A stretch of DNA of 64,000 nt, taken from a virus (lineage: Duplodnaviria > Caudoviricetes). Location of the stretch: positions 6,651-70,650 of IMG/VR virus record IMGVR_UViG_3300020112_000486, one strand, 5' to 3'. The position numbers were made by a program, and so were the translations under genes. The notes beneath the pieces were generated by a model, which did no database searches, was not told where the DNA came from, and worked only from the letters and a program-made list of their open reading frames with translations. Below, piece by piece: positions 38,403 through 47,752 of this stretch (the stretch's first letter is position 1; every line of letters begins with the position of its first letter).

Positions 38403-39305
38403 ATGTTTAAGAAAAATGAAAATTTGAAGGCAGCTGGCGAAAAAATCCAAATGACACCTGAGCAAGTTCAGGAGTACATTAAGTGCCGTCGTGACATTTT
38501 CCATTTTGCGAATTATTTCACAATTATGGCTGAAGACGGTGAACATCCGATTAAGCTGCGTGGCTATCAGAAAAAGTTGGTAAAGTCAATTACAACCAAA
38601 GTACCAGAAAAGAATAACAGAATCATTATGATGGGTCGTCAGTCAGGTAAGACGACTATTGCTACTTTGTATCTTACTTGGTTTGCATTATTCAACAAAG
38701 CAAAGATTATCGCTGTACTTGCTAACAAAGCATCACAGGCTGATGAAATCATGCTTCGTATTCAGCAAGCATATATGAACTTGCCGTTATGGTTACAGCA
38801 AGGAATTATGAAATGGAACCAATCTGAATTTATTCTTGAAAATAAAACACGAGTATTTTCAGCAGCTAGTTCCTCAAGTTCTATTCGTGGTAAAACCGTT
38901 GACCTTGAACTTGTGGACGAATTTGCTCACTTGGACGATAACATGGCTGACGCATTTATGGCGTCTGTGTTCCCTACACAAGCATCTAGACCTGACTCAA
39001 TGCTTTTGCTAATTTCAACGCCTAAGGGTATGAACCATTTCTATGATATTTGGCAGAAAGCTAAATCCGGCCGTAATTCATTTATACCATGTAAAATCCA
39101 ATGGTGGGAAATTGATGGTCGTGACGAGAAATGGAAAGAACGAGTAATTCGTGATAACGGTATCAAATACTTTAACCAGGAATTTGCTTGTGTAACTGGT
39201 GAGACGCAAATAACAGTAAAAGATGATACCGGCAAAGTAAAAACTGCCTCAATCGCTGAAATTTGTGATTGGTTAAAAGACGTAAACTCACTCCAGACGG
39301 CTTAA
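38403..39305 (+). CDS. gp17: Terminase large subunit, N-terminal ATPase half fused to a split-intein N fragment
   Basis: MGRQSGKTT (Walker A), SIRG, LVDEFAH (Walker B), ISTPKGMNHFYDIW, FNQEFA; then CVTGETQITV... and stop; no nuclease domain. Confidence 0.92.
   Translation: MFKKNENLKAAGEKIQMTPEQVQEYIKCRRDIFHFANYFTIMAEDGEHPIKLRGYQKKLVKSITTKVPEKNNRIIMMGRQSGKTTIATLYLTWFALFNKAKIIAVLANKASQADEIMLRIQQAYMNLPLWLQQGIMKWNQSEFILENKTRVFSAASSSSSIRGKTVDLELVDEFAHLDDNMADAFMASVFPTQASRPDSMLLLISTPKGMNHFYDIWQKAKSGRNSFIPCKIQWWEIDGRDEKWKERVIRDNGIKYFNQEFACVTGETQITVKDDTGKVKTASIAEICDWLKDVNSLQTA
39189..39302 (+). mobile_element. Split intein N fragment (38 aa)
   Basis: CVTGETQITVKDDTGKVKTASIAEICDWL is intein block A (C-x-x-G-D/E-T-x-I/V), at the QEFx|C TerL site. 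Confidence 0.8.
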
Positions 39306-39325
39306 CTTACTTTATATGAAAAACA

Positions 39326-39358
39326 TAACCTCTATCTAAATAAATAATCTAGAGGTTA
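39326..39358 (+). promoter_or_regulatory. RBS-occluding hairpin with late promoter in loop
   Basis: TAACCTCTA/TAGAGGTTA 9 bp; loop has AATAAATA; GAGG SD in the 3' arm. Confidence 0.75.
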
Positions 39359-39362
39359 AAAT

Positions 39363-40772
39363 ATGTTTACTTGTAAAATTTGTAATGAAACATTTGAAAA
39401 AATCAATGGTTTACTAACACATATACAATTCAACCACAAAGAACATTCGCCTGAGTCTTACTATAGACAACATATCATGGCTGTTGGTGAAGGCTTTTGT
39501 AAAACATGTGGTAAGCTAACAAAGTTCAATGGTATCAAAAACGGCTATCAAACATATTGTAATCGTAAGTGCGTATGGGCTGATCCTGAAATCAAAGCAA
39601 AGCGTAAAATTACAAATAGCGCCAAGACTAATTCTGAAATTCTTGAATGGAAAATAAGAAATAAAGAATCCCGCTTGAAAAAGAATAACGGTAATTATTC
39701 GCCGTTACATGACTTAGCCAAAAGACAGGAAATTAGCGAAACACATTTTAAGGAATACTTTGCTAAGTGTAACTGCGAATTTATTAAGTATGATGATAAA
39801 GTTCACTTTCGCTGCAATAAATGCGGCTGTGAAGATGCATTTACTCGTAGTGTAATTGACCGTTATGACAGAACTAATGATTATGACGTTTGCCACTATT
39901 GTAATGATAGACGATTTGTTAGTTCGCCTGAACGCGAAATACGCAAATACATAGAAACGTTTTATGAAGGCAAGATAATTTCAGGCGATAGACATGTTTT
40001 GAATGGAAAAGAACTAGATCTCTATTTTCCTGACAAAAAACTCGCTATTGAATATGATGGTTTTCATTGGCATAATGAAAACCGCATTCCCGCAGGCTAT
40101 CATCTGGAAAAAACAAATGCATGCGAAGCAAACGGTATTCAACTTATTCATATATTTGAAACTGAATGGTTGAATAAGCCAGAAATCGTTAAAAGCAGAA
40201 TACGAAACTTATTTGAAGGTAACAATAGGATCTTTGCACGTAAATGCAGTATTAAGGAAATATCAGCAGATGCCGCGAAAGCTTTTTTACAGCAGAATCA
40301 TATACAGGGGTGGTGTTGCTCAAAATGGCGATATGGTCTTGAATACAATGGCGAGCTAGTTTCGCTTATGACATTTGGTAAATCACGTTTTAAAGATGAA
40401 TATGAACTTTTAAGATTTGCGAATAAGCTAGATACGAATGTTATTGGCGGAGCATCAAGACTTTTTAAACACTTTGTCAATGACCATTCAGAAATAAAGA
40501 AAATCATTTCTTTTGCTGACCGCAGATGGAGCGTTGGCAACTTATATGAAAAAATTGGTTTTACTAAAATTGGTACAACGCCACCATCATACTTCTACAG
40601 AATAGACAATGAACTTAAGAACCGAGTCAACTTTCAAAAACATAAGCTCGTTGCTAATGGTGCTGACCCTAGTAAGACGGAACATGAGATTATGAAAGAA
40701 CGCGGGTATCTAAGAATATATGACTGTGGCTGTCTTAAGTATGAATGGACTGACGATTCACAATCAGTATAA
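39363..40772 (+). CDS. Free-standing Vsr/EDxHD-like homing endonuclease with Zn-ribbons and GNAT-like C-terminal region
   Basis: SSPEREI...GKELDLYFPDKKLAIEYDGFHWH...QLIHIFETEW; C-terminal YELLRFA...GGASRLF...SFADRRWS...RIYDCG. Confidence 0.8.
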   Translation: MFTCKICNETFEKINGLLTHIQFNHKEHSPESYYRQHIMAVGEGFCKTCGKLTKFNGIKNGYQTYCNRKCVWADPEIKAKRKITNSAKTNSEILEWKIRNKESRLKKNNGNYSPLHDLAKRQEISETHFKEYFAKCNCEFIKYDDKVHFRCNKCGCEDAFTRSVIDRYDRTNDYDVCHYCNDRRFVSSPEREIRKYIETFYEGKIISGDRHVLNGKELDLYFPDKKLAIEYDGFHWHNENRIPAGYHLEKTNACEANGIQLIHIFETEWLNKPEIVKSRIRNLFEGNNRIFARKCSIKEISADAAKAFLQQNHIQGWCCSKWRYGLEYNGELVSLMTFGKSRFKDEYELLRFANKLDTNVIGGASRLFKHFVNDHSEIKKIISFADRRWSVGNLYEKIGFTKIGTTPPSYFYRIDNELKNRVNFQKHKLVANGADPSKTEHEIMKERGYLRIYDCGCLKYEWTDDSQSV

Positions 40773-40779
40773 ATAAAAT

Positions 40780-41103
40780 ATGGCAAACATAACATATCGT
40801 TCAAATTTTCTAAAAGATGTTGACGTTGATGACATTGTTCAGAAAGACATGTCATCAATGAATTTTGGCGATTTTGATTTTGGGCCGATTAGTTATTATA
40901 AATGTTCAAATTTTGATGTCGGCCGACCAGACCTAATTTCATATAAGATTTATGGAACCACTAACTACTGGTGGTTCTTAATGTGGTTTAATGGCGTTTC
41001 TGATGTATGGAATGACATACGAGAAAATATGTTAATTGCTTTTCCCGCATTAGAAATGGCTCGTGAAGGATTAAAGTTTGCTAGAAAGAGGAGTAATAAG
41101 TAA
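40780..41103 (+). CDS. Baseplate wedge protein (gp53-like, LysM-type)
   Basis: RPDLISYKIYGTTNYWWFLMWFNG. Confidence 0.65.
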   Translation: MANITYRSNFLKDVDVDDIVQKDMSSMNFGDFDFGPISYYKCSNFDVGRPDLISYKIYGTTNYWWFLMWFNGVSDVWNDIRENMLIAFPALEMAREGLKFARKRSNK

Positions 41104-41450
41104 TGAAACTTACAGAAGCATTTCATATTCTTTCTAAGAATGGATACGAATTTACTCGCTTGAATGAAAACAATGATTTAAGTGATTATTTACTTCAGCG
41201 AGTATATCAAGTAGCCACTGAAATTTATACCAGGGAGATTGCGGATCATGCACCTAATCTTGATTCTACAAATCGTCCTGACCATGATTATCTGCAGCGA
41301 TTTGACTATCTTTCTGATAGTTTGAAAGCTGCAGTAAAACGCGCGGCAGTCGCTCTGAAAAATGACCTCGCTGCTGAAGGTTTTGATATTCACGAACGGA
41401 ATGTTGAAACCGAAATCTTTGACGCATTGAAACTTTACGCCAAGGATTAG
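41103..41450 (+). CDS. Putative internal head protein with leader tag
   Basis: MKLTEAFHILSKNGYEFTRLNE. Confidence 0.6.
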   Translation: MKLTEAFHILSKNGYEFTRLNENNDLSDYLLQRVYQVATEIYTREIADHAPNLDSTNRPDHDYLQRFDYLSDSLKAAVKRAAVALKNDLAAEGFDIHERNVETEIFDALKLYAKD

Positions 41451-41485
41451 AATAAATAAAACAAAAGCTCATTTAAGGAGATGAT

Positions 41486-41854
41486 ATGAATAATCTTTTT
41501 GAACAGTACATTAAGAATGCCTGCCGTTTTGTTAACGAAGGCTTAGAAGATGAACTCCCAGCTGAAGCTCCAGCCGAACTTCCTGCTGAAGGTGGTGAAG
41601 AACTTCCTGCTGAAGGTGAAGAAGAACTCCCTGCTGAAGGTGAAGACGCTGAATGCGAAGAATCTATGGAAGATCTTAAGGCACAGATTGCTGACCTTCA
41701 GGGTCAGGTCACAGAATTGCTTGAACTTGTCCAGTCATTGACAGGCGAAGCTGCTGAAGGTGCTGATGATCTTGCTGGTGAAGACGAACTTCCTGCCGAA
41801 GGCGGTGAAGAACTCGAAGGCGAAGATCCTGCCTTCGAAGACGAAGACATGTAA
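41486..41854 (+). CDS. Acidic prohead-core-like protein with ELPAE(G) repeats
   Basis: MNNLFEQYI..FVNE, repeated ELPAE, central coiled coil. Confidence 0.55.
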   Translation: MNNLFEQYIKNACRFVNEGLEDELPAEAPAELPAEGGEELPAEGEEELPAEGEDAECEESMEDLKAQIADLQGQVTELLELVQSLTGEAAEGADDLAGEDELPAEGGEELEGEDPAFEDEDM

Positions 41855-41886
41855 TTTTCAGTTTTCACGAGAAAGGCTATACATAG

Positions 41887-41916
41887 GCTAGGGAAATAAA
41901 ATTCCCTAGCTTTTTT
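41887..41916 (+). terminator. Intrinsic terminator
   Basis: GCTAGGGAA-ATAAAA-TTCCCTAGC + T-run. Confidence 0.85.
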
Positions 41917-41957
41917 ATGTCTAAAAAATGATTATATTTGATACTGTAAAATTATTA

Positions 41958-42240
41958 AGCCGTTTCCTCGGAACGAAACTCAACCCAATGACGCTGTCGG
42001 TAGAGGGACGCCATTTGAGCTAGAATTGCTTAGCTCGTGAATAGAAATGCAAATGCAATAGCGAAGTGGAAACTAGCCCTTTCCACACATAGCCGCCAAT
42101 AGCATTATGGGATGTAGCCGGAATACAGGTTGACCGCTCCGTAAGCCCATAAGTGAGTCTACTTACAACGTCATACGGTTCACCAGTCAAAACAAAGACT
42201 CGGAATTTCTGACGGTAAGCTCTACCGGGCTTACTGTCTC
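41958..42240 (+). ncRNA. Putative structured non-coding RNA, class unknown
   Basis: No + strand ORF in the track; many complementary segments, including long-range and pseudoknot pairings (see findings). Confidence 0.55.
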
Positions 42241-42289
42241 CGGTTACCATATCAAACAAAGAATAAATAATAAAAAGGAATTGTTTGAT

Positions 42290-42907
42290 ATGGGAATTAA
42301 ATCAATTTGGGATAACACATTTTATCAAAAACCACCATTACCAAAGTGGTGTTTTGAAGTTGTGTTTGAATCATTATTTAAGAATCATCCTCAGTATGCG
42401 ACAACATTAAACCATGCTATTATAAATTGCCAGTGGGGCAAAAGAGAAATAAGCATCGTTAAAACTTATTATGCTGGCATTGAGGCAAACTATCCTGGCC
42501 GTGTTCAAAATACAGGTGAACTTAATTTAACTTTTAATGAAAATACTGGTATGGAAGTTTCTCGTATTCTTGAGGAACTTTTCAACGGTGAATGTTCTAA
42601 TGACCGTTATTTTGATGATAAGAGCCGTGATAGAGGATACATTTACAATAAAGACTTTACAAAAATCGGGCGAAACATTACTTTAAGAATTTATCGTCCT
42701 GATGTTAATATGGAAATGAACCAGGATGGTGCTGAGGCTGTATGCGGCGAGGTTACATTTTATAACTGTATTTTAACATCAATCAATGAAGAAGAATTTA
42801 GCTATGAAAGCGTTGATGATACAGTTACACGTACCGCAAGATTTTCATATGATTATATGATTGATAATCGTAAGAAATTTTCTGGCCGCCCAATGAATGG
42901 AGGTTAA
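42290..42907 (+). CDS. Tail-tube-fold baseplate protein (gp19/gp54-like paralog)
   Basis: P...WCFEVVF, YYAGIEANYPGR...GELNLTFNE, YNCILTSI..FSYES...FSYDY. Confidence 0.6.
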   Translation: MGIKSIWDNTFYQKPPLPKWCFEVVFESLFKNHPQYATTLNHAIINCQWGKREISIVKTYYAGIEANYPGRVQNTGELNLTFNENTGMEVSRILEELFNGECSNDRYFDDKSRDRGYIYNKDFTKIGRNITLRIYRPDVNMEMNQDGAEAVCGEVTFYNCILTSINEEEFSYESVDDTVTRTARFSYDYMIDNRKKFSGRPMNGG

Positions 42908-42911
42908 ATAA

Positions 42912-43550
42912 ATGTGGGCTAAAGCTAAATCACCTAACCGAGCTGCGCCTGGGTCAAATACTTTACTTGAAAGTAAAGATATCAATGGTTCATTTACTAA
43001 GTATCAAATGCACGGCGGCATGGCATCACCTGTGCCTAACTGGTTATTTGATGTAAAGTTTCAATGGTCTAAGTGGGCTAAAGAAACATTTGATATTGCT
43101 GACGGCGACAATTTAAACGATTCATTTAAGTGCATAAAAGCAGATCTTCCTGAATACTCACAAGCAACAAAAGAAGTTTGGTATTTTGGTACCAAAAAGA
43201 CATTCGTGATAGGCCGTGATATGTCAGGCGAAACTGTACTTGAATTTTGGCTTCGTAAAAGTGCACAACTTAAAGACGATGACGACGATGATAAACTTGA
43301 ACTTTTAGATGTTCTTGTGCCTGACCGTTCTATGAACCGTCAAGATAAATATCAACACTATGAATGGGTTCGTTTATTTGATGCAATAGAAATTAACATG
43401 CTTAACATTGATACTGATGTGCATAGAACCTATAAATTGATTAACCCAATAGTTACCAATTTTTCACATAGTGGTGAATTGAACTATGAAGGTGAAGAAG
43501 GATTAAAAATTTCTATTACTGTTCATTATGATATGTGGGAGCAACACTAA
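42912..43550 (+). CDS. Tail-tube-fold baseplate protein (second paralog)
   Basis: PNWLFDVKF, KADLPEY, WYFGTKKTF, NPIVTNF..ELNYE..ITVHYD. Confidence 0.55.
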   Translation: MWAKAKSPNRAAPGSNTLLESKDINGSFTKYQMHGGMASPVPNWLFDVKFQWSKWAKETFDIADGDNLNDSFKCIKADLPEYSQATKEVWYFGTKKTFVIGRDMSGETVLEFWLRKSAQLKDDDDDDKLELLDVLVPDRSMNRQDKYQHYEWVRLFDAIEINMLNIDTDVHRTYKLINPIVTNFSHSGELNYEGEEGLKISITVHYDMWEQH

Positions 43551-44975
43551 ATGTCAGCAGGTTCTATTTTTTGTGAATACATTTATGGCTCATTTTTGTT
43601 AGTGTCGGCTGCACTTGAAGTTGGCATGTCATTAGCAAAGACAACTTTATCAATGCTATCTACTATGTTTGACGCATGCATAAGTTTATTCAGATTTACT
43701 ATTGATGTTGGTTCAAAGGCTATTATAGATGGTGTTAAAGTACTGCAAAAACAATTGGTTGACTTAATTTGGGATGGGTACCAAGAGGAAGAAGAGCTTG
43801 ACCCTGAAACTGGTGAAATGGTTAAAACTGGTAAAAAGAAATCAAAGTTCTGTAATAACTTGTATAAATGTAACATCTTCATTGAAGAACTGACAGACAG
43901 TAATTCATTGATTTGTAAGACACTTATTTCATTAGGCGTTATCACACCTGAACAACAGCAATATGTTAATGAAATCATTTCTGAATATGATGAATTCATG
44001 AACACAATTTGTACTTATGGCTTTACATTCAATTTTGGTATCTCAGCATTAAAGAAACTGCTTAATTGGTATAAGAAACAATTAAATGGTTTTCTTGATA
44101 CCATTGAAAGAAAAAAGGAAGACATACGAAGATTTATTCAAAAGTACATGAATAAGTTACAAGACTCAGGCATTTTTGATTTAATGGCCAAGTTAAGAAA
44201 ATTCTTTAACTGTATTCTTGAACAAACCGATTCTTGTACATCATTGAAAACAACTGAAAACTTTTATACCAATGCGTTGAAGAAAATGAAAATTGAAGAA
44301 TCGGGCACAGGCGGCTATAAGCTCGAGTCAAGCACTAATAATTCAATGATGAATGCGTTTGACTCTCGTCTTAACCAGCTTAACAATGTTAAAGACGAAA
44401 TTCAAAAAAGCATTGATGCTTTGGTTAGTCCGTCTGCAGCCAGAGCTGCGTCAAAAGCATTTAACTTATCAAAACATGTATTTCCTGGTGGCATGAGCTG
44501 GAATGATATTAAACACGGCCGTTGGCAAAAGAATTCAATGGTTCATTACTTTACTGCTAAAAAGGATAAATTCATGGAAGTATTCATGGGAAGACATGGG
44601 TCAAAATTACCAGGCGATACATCAACTGAATTTGTACTTAGCGGTATGAAAATTAATGATAAGACTGGAAAGATAGTTGTTGATGTAAATGGCGTACATG
44701 AAGAAATAGATGTGAATGATCCTGTGATGATGCGTGCATACTCTGGTGCAGTTACATTAAATATACTAGATACACCAATAGAGTATTACGTTGAAGGCGA
44801 TGAAAATGCTGATGCACCTGATTCATTCTTTTATAACGGTGAAATTATTTCCGCTCTTCGCGCATCAATTATGATATCTGTTGAAGGCGATACCGAACTT
44901 GAAAAATTCTGTAATGAACGTGTTGCTGGTGTTGCTGGCAGATTGCGTGAAGATCAGTTAATGGTTGAATGGTGA
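43551..44975 (+). CDS. Hypothetical protein (baseplate neighbourhood)
   Basis: 474-aa ORF in an operon with tube paralogs and gp25. Confidence 0.6.
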   Translation: MSAGSIFCEYIYGSFLLVSAALEVGMSLAKTTLSMLSTMFDACISLFRFTIDVGSKAIIDGVKVLQKQLVDLIWDGYQEEEELDPETGEMVKTGKKKSKFCNNLYKCNIFIEELTDSNSLICKTLISLGVITPEQQQYVNEIISEYDEFMNTICTYGFTFNFGISALKKLLNWYKKQLNGFLDTIERKKEDIRRFIQKYMNKLQDSGIFDLMAKLRKFFNCILEQTDSCTSLKTTENFYTNALKKMKIEESGTGGYKLESSTNNSMMNAFDSRLNQLNNVKDEIQKSIDALVSPSAARAASKAFNLSKHVFPGGMSWNDIKHGRWQKNSMVHYFTAKKDKFMEVFMGRHGSKLPGDTSTEFVLSGMKINDKTGKIVVDVNGVHEEIDVNDPVMMRAYSGAVTLNILDTPIEYYVEGDENADAPDSFFYNGEIISALRASIMISVEGDTELEKFCNERVAGVAGRLREDQLMVEW

Positions 44976-44979
44976 TTTT

Positions 44980-45360
44980 ATGAGTAAAGCAGAAAAACAA
45001 AGAGACATACTTTTTGAAGCATGCAAAAAGATAGCAACAAATAAAAGAACACCTGATTGGATCTCAGGTGCTCTTACACAAGCCGTTATGGCAGCAAAAG
45101 CGGTGCAAGATGATATATGGGACGAAGGTCTCAATTCAATTACTGAACCAAAAGTTCAGTTACCTCCTGCGGTTGGTAAACTTGCACACATTGACATGCT
45201 TGACAATTTGCCATATAAGATAAAGCTTTTGAGCGAAAGCGAAGAAGTTGAAGGCGTAAGACTATGGCATGTACAAATTGTTGAAGGTACTGGGCCACAC
45301 AAAGTTGGCGCAATAGTTTATAATGTTCCTGAAACATGGATTCATGATGTGGAGGCATAA
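44980..45360 (+). CDS. Hypothetical protein
   Basis: ORF coupled to gp25 (TAATG). Confidence 0.5.
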   Translation: MSKAEKQRDILFEACKKIATNKRTPDWISGALTQAVMAAKAVQDDIWDEGLNSITEPKVQLPPAVGKLAHIDMLDNLPYKIKLLSESEEVEGVRLWHVQIVEGTGPHKVGAIVYNVPETWIHDVEA

Positions 45361-45767
45361 TGTTACCATTATCAGCAAATAATGATTTTAAAAATCAAGG
45401 TGCTAAAAGCGAAAACCCATTTCGTGATTGGAACGGTGAATCATTGGTTAACCATGCCGAGATATTTGGTACTGATGCTATAGACCAAGCTATTGAAGCA
45501 GTAATTGTTACTGAGCCTTATGAACGACTGTTTAACCCAGAATTTTGTTCGCCATTTTATAGACTTTTATTCCAAAATGAAAATGATGCTGAAGCAATCA
45601 TTGAAGAAGTGTTTAACCGTATAGAACTATGGTGCGGAATTGAAGTTGCTCGTGATGAAGCACTTGTTGAAATTGACTCGGCAAATCATTCCGTTGAGTT
45701 AACTATACCTTATTATTACAATAACCGCTTAAGTAAACACGTATTCTCAAGAGCTATATCAGCATAA
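45360..45767 (+). CDS. gp25: Baseplate wedge protein gp25-like
   Basis: AIDQAIEAVIVTEPYERLFNPEFCSPFYRLLF...IELW...LTIPY. Confidence 0.8.
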   Translation: MLPLSANNDFKNQGAKSENPFRDWNGESLVNHAEIFGTDAIDQAIEAVIVTEPYERLFNPEFCSPFYRLLFQNENDAEAIIEEVFNRIELWCGIEVARDEALVEIDSANHSVELTIPYYYNNRLSKHVFSRAISA

Positions 45768-45793
45768 TAAATAATTCAAAAGGTTGATACATT

Positions 45794-46237
45794 ATGCAGC
45801 AGTTTATGTCATTTAGTGATTATGTTCAGGCACAAATGAACCAAGCGTATAACCGCGAGGACATTCGTGAAACGCCTACAGTAAATCCAGAGACTGATAA
45901 GCCGTCTGGTGTTATGGCAAAACTGAACCCTAAGACATGGAACGCAAAAATCATTGGTGATGAAAAGTATCTGTTCTTTAATAACCATCAGTTGAATGTA
46001 TCAAAACTTAAAGACAAAATACAGCAACTATACAAAGCCAAAGGTTATGAACACTATGGCTTTAGTAAGCTTGGCGAGAGTGAGCTTGTGAGATACAAGA
46101 CACTTAGAGATATCCTAATGTCAGAATTCCTTCGTTACGATACGAACGATGAGCTCGACCCTGCGGAAATAGCACAAATCATTTTTGACCACGAGGCTAA
46201 GGACTTTACTTGGCAGCCTGAGCCTTTAACGTTATAG
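45794..46237 (+). CDS. Hypothetical protein, CTS-like N-terminus
   Basis: MSFSDYVQAQMN; late promoter upstream. Confidence 0.55.
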   Translation: MQQFMSFSDYVQAQMNQAYNREDIRETPTVNPETDKPSGVMAKLNPKTWNAKIIGDEKYLFFNNHQLNVSKLKDKIQQLYKAKGYEHYGFSKLGESELVRYKTLRDILMSEFLRYDTNDELDPAEIAQIIFDHEAKDFTWQPEPLTL

Positions 46238-46248
46238 GAATTTTTCTC

Positions 46249-46665
46249 ATGACAAGCACAACAAATAAATTACTTGAAGTCAGACTAAAAGTTGATGCGT
46301 GGATAATTGAAGAAACACTAACACGCATGGGTATCCCTGACATCAAGAATAAAGTTTTATACCAGTCCTGCCATTTACTTAAACAGTTTGGCACATATTA
46401 TCTTGCACATTTTAAACAACTTTTTGTACTTAGCCGTGGTAAAGACGGTTATCCTGGTTTTGGTAATGTTTCTCTTGAAGACATTGAGCGTCGTAATTCC
46501 ATTGCATTTTGTTTGTTGAAATGGAATATGATTGAAATCGTTGAACCAGAAGAAATAGAAGAACACTCAACACGCATCTTTGTTTTACCGCATGCTGAAA
46601 AACATAACTGGCAACTAATCAAGAAGTTTAATGTTAAAAATTTAGATAGCGAGTATATTCAATGA
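46249..46665 (+). CDS. regA: Translational repressor RegA
   Basis: ETLTRMGI..KNKVLYQSCHLL..YYLAHFKQLF...EDIERRNSIAFCL..WNMIEIV closely follows T4 RegA. Confidence 0.93.
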   Translation: MTSTTNKLLEVRLKVDAWIIEETLTRMGIPDIKNKVLYQSCHLLKQFGTYYLAHFKQLFVLSRGKDGYPGFGNVSLEDIERRNSIAFCLLKWNMIEIVEPEEIEEHSTRIFVLPHAEKHNWQLIKKFNVKNLDSEYIQ

Positions 46666-47741
46666 TTAAGAAAAGAATGCTTAATGAAGCTGAATTTAGC
46701 GATGGTTTTAAACTGTCTGACGATAAGAAAACAATCGTCGGATTTAATGATCAGTCTGCTGCTAATGAATTTGGTAACAAGTTTAAAAAGGATGAAACTG
46801 GCAAATGGAAGTTTGAAGGTAAAAAACACAGCTATGCCGTTTCTGATGATATGCAAGATAAAATTGCACAACTTGTTGATAAATGGAAAAAGAATAATAA
46901 AAGCAGCCATAATAACAATGAATATAATACACCATCTACATGGGAAAACATTGGTAAGTCATTATGCTTCTTAGTTATTCATAACTTAACTGATGGTAAG
47001 ATGAAAGGGTTTGAGGCTAGTGGCGGCGATAAAAACATCAGTGGCGAAAAATTTGCCGAGAGCGTTAAACCTGAGGATATGCTTGACCGCTTCAAAAATG
47101 CATTTAAAAACATTGATGAAATTGATGATAATTTCCTTAAGAAGAATAACATCTTCCAAATCATGGATAACTTCGCGGCGCGTGCAGCATATCACGAAGC
47201 AAAAAATGAAGATAAACTAAATCAGGACCAACTTGACAAATACGGCACTGAAGAAGATGGCAAATTTAAATACAACATTGATTTTATTAAGTCAAACACA
47301 GCAACCAAATCTTATTACACAAAAATCTTTAATGAATTTCAAGACGCATTAGATGAAGGTGTAAAGGCTGGTAAAGCTGAAGTTGATAAGTTAAAATCTG
47401 GAGAAGGCGGTAAAGTAAAGGATCCGCTAACTGGTCAAACTGTTAGTGTTGATAAAGACAGTTTTAAAAAACAACTTGCAAAAGGCGCATTAAATAAAGC
47501 AGGCGAAATTGCTGGAGATTTACTTGGCATTAATGATGGCAAAGATATTTTCAGCATGGCTATTAGAGGCGTTATCGGAATGATTAAAGATAACGGCGGC
47601 ATTCGCAAAGTTTTAAAAATGGGTAAACAAATTGCTTGGAAACAGAATGGAAAACTAAAAAACAAAGATGTTAAAAAACACGTTGATGATCTAAACAAAG
47701 ACATTGAAAAACGAGCTAAGAATAAGGAAATTCCAGAGTAA
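46662..47741 (+). CDS. Hypothetical K/D-rich protein, possible internal protein
   Basis: MIKKRMLNEAE N-terminus. Confidence 0.55.
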   Translation: MIKKRMLNEAEFSDGFKLSDDKKTIVGFNDQSAANEFGNKFKKDETGKWKFEGKKHSYAVSDDMQDKIAQLVDKWKKNNKSSHNNNEYNTPSTWENIGKSLCFLVIHNLTDGKMKGFEASGGDKNISGEKFAESVKPEDMLDRFKNAFKNIDEIDDNFLKKNNIFQIMDNFAARAAYHEAKNEDKLNQDQLDKYGTEEDGKFKYNIDFIKSNTATKSYYTKIFNEFQDALDEGVKAGKAEVDKLKSGEGGKVKDPLTGQTVSVDKDSFKKQLAKGALNKAGEIAGDLLGINDGKDIFSMAIRGVIGMIKDNGGIRKVLKMGKQIAWKQNGKLKNKDVKKHVDDLNKDIEKRAKNKEIPE

Positions 47742-47752
47742 GAGGTTAACAC

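Noticed and set aside
39305-40780. Group I intron interrupting terL around the endonuclease
   Set aside because: Only about 57 nt precede and 7 nt follow the ORF, I see no P7-type core, and no terL exon resumes downstream. The split-intein reading explains the truncation.
41958-42240. RNase P, group II domain V (AGCCG...CGGTT) or group I core
   Set aside because: No GAGGAAAGUCC; the AGCCG and CGGTT halves are about 215 nt apart rather than a 34-nt hairpin; AGACU and GAGUC are in the wrong order for P7.
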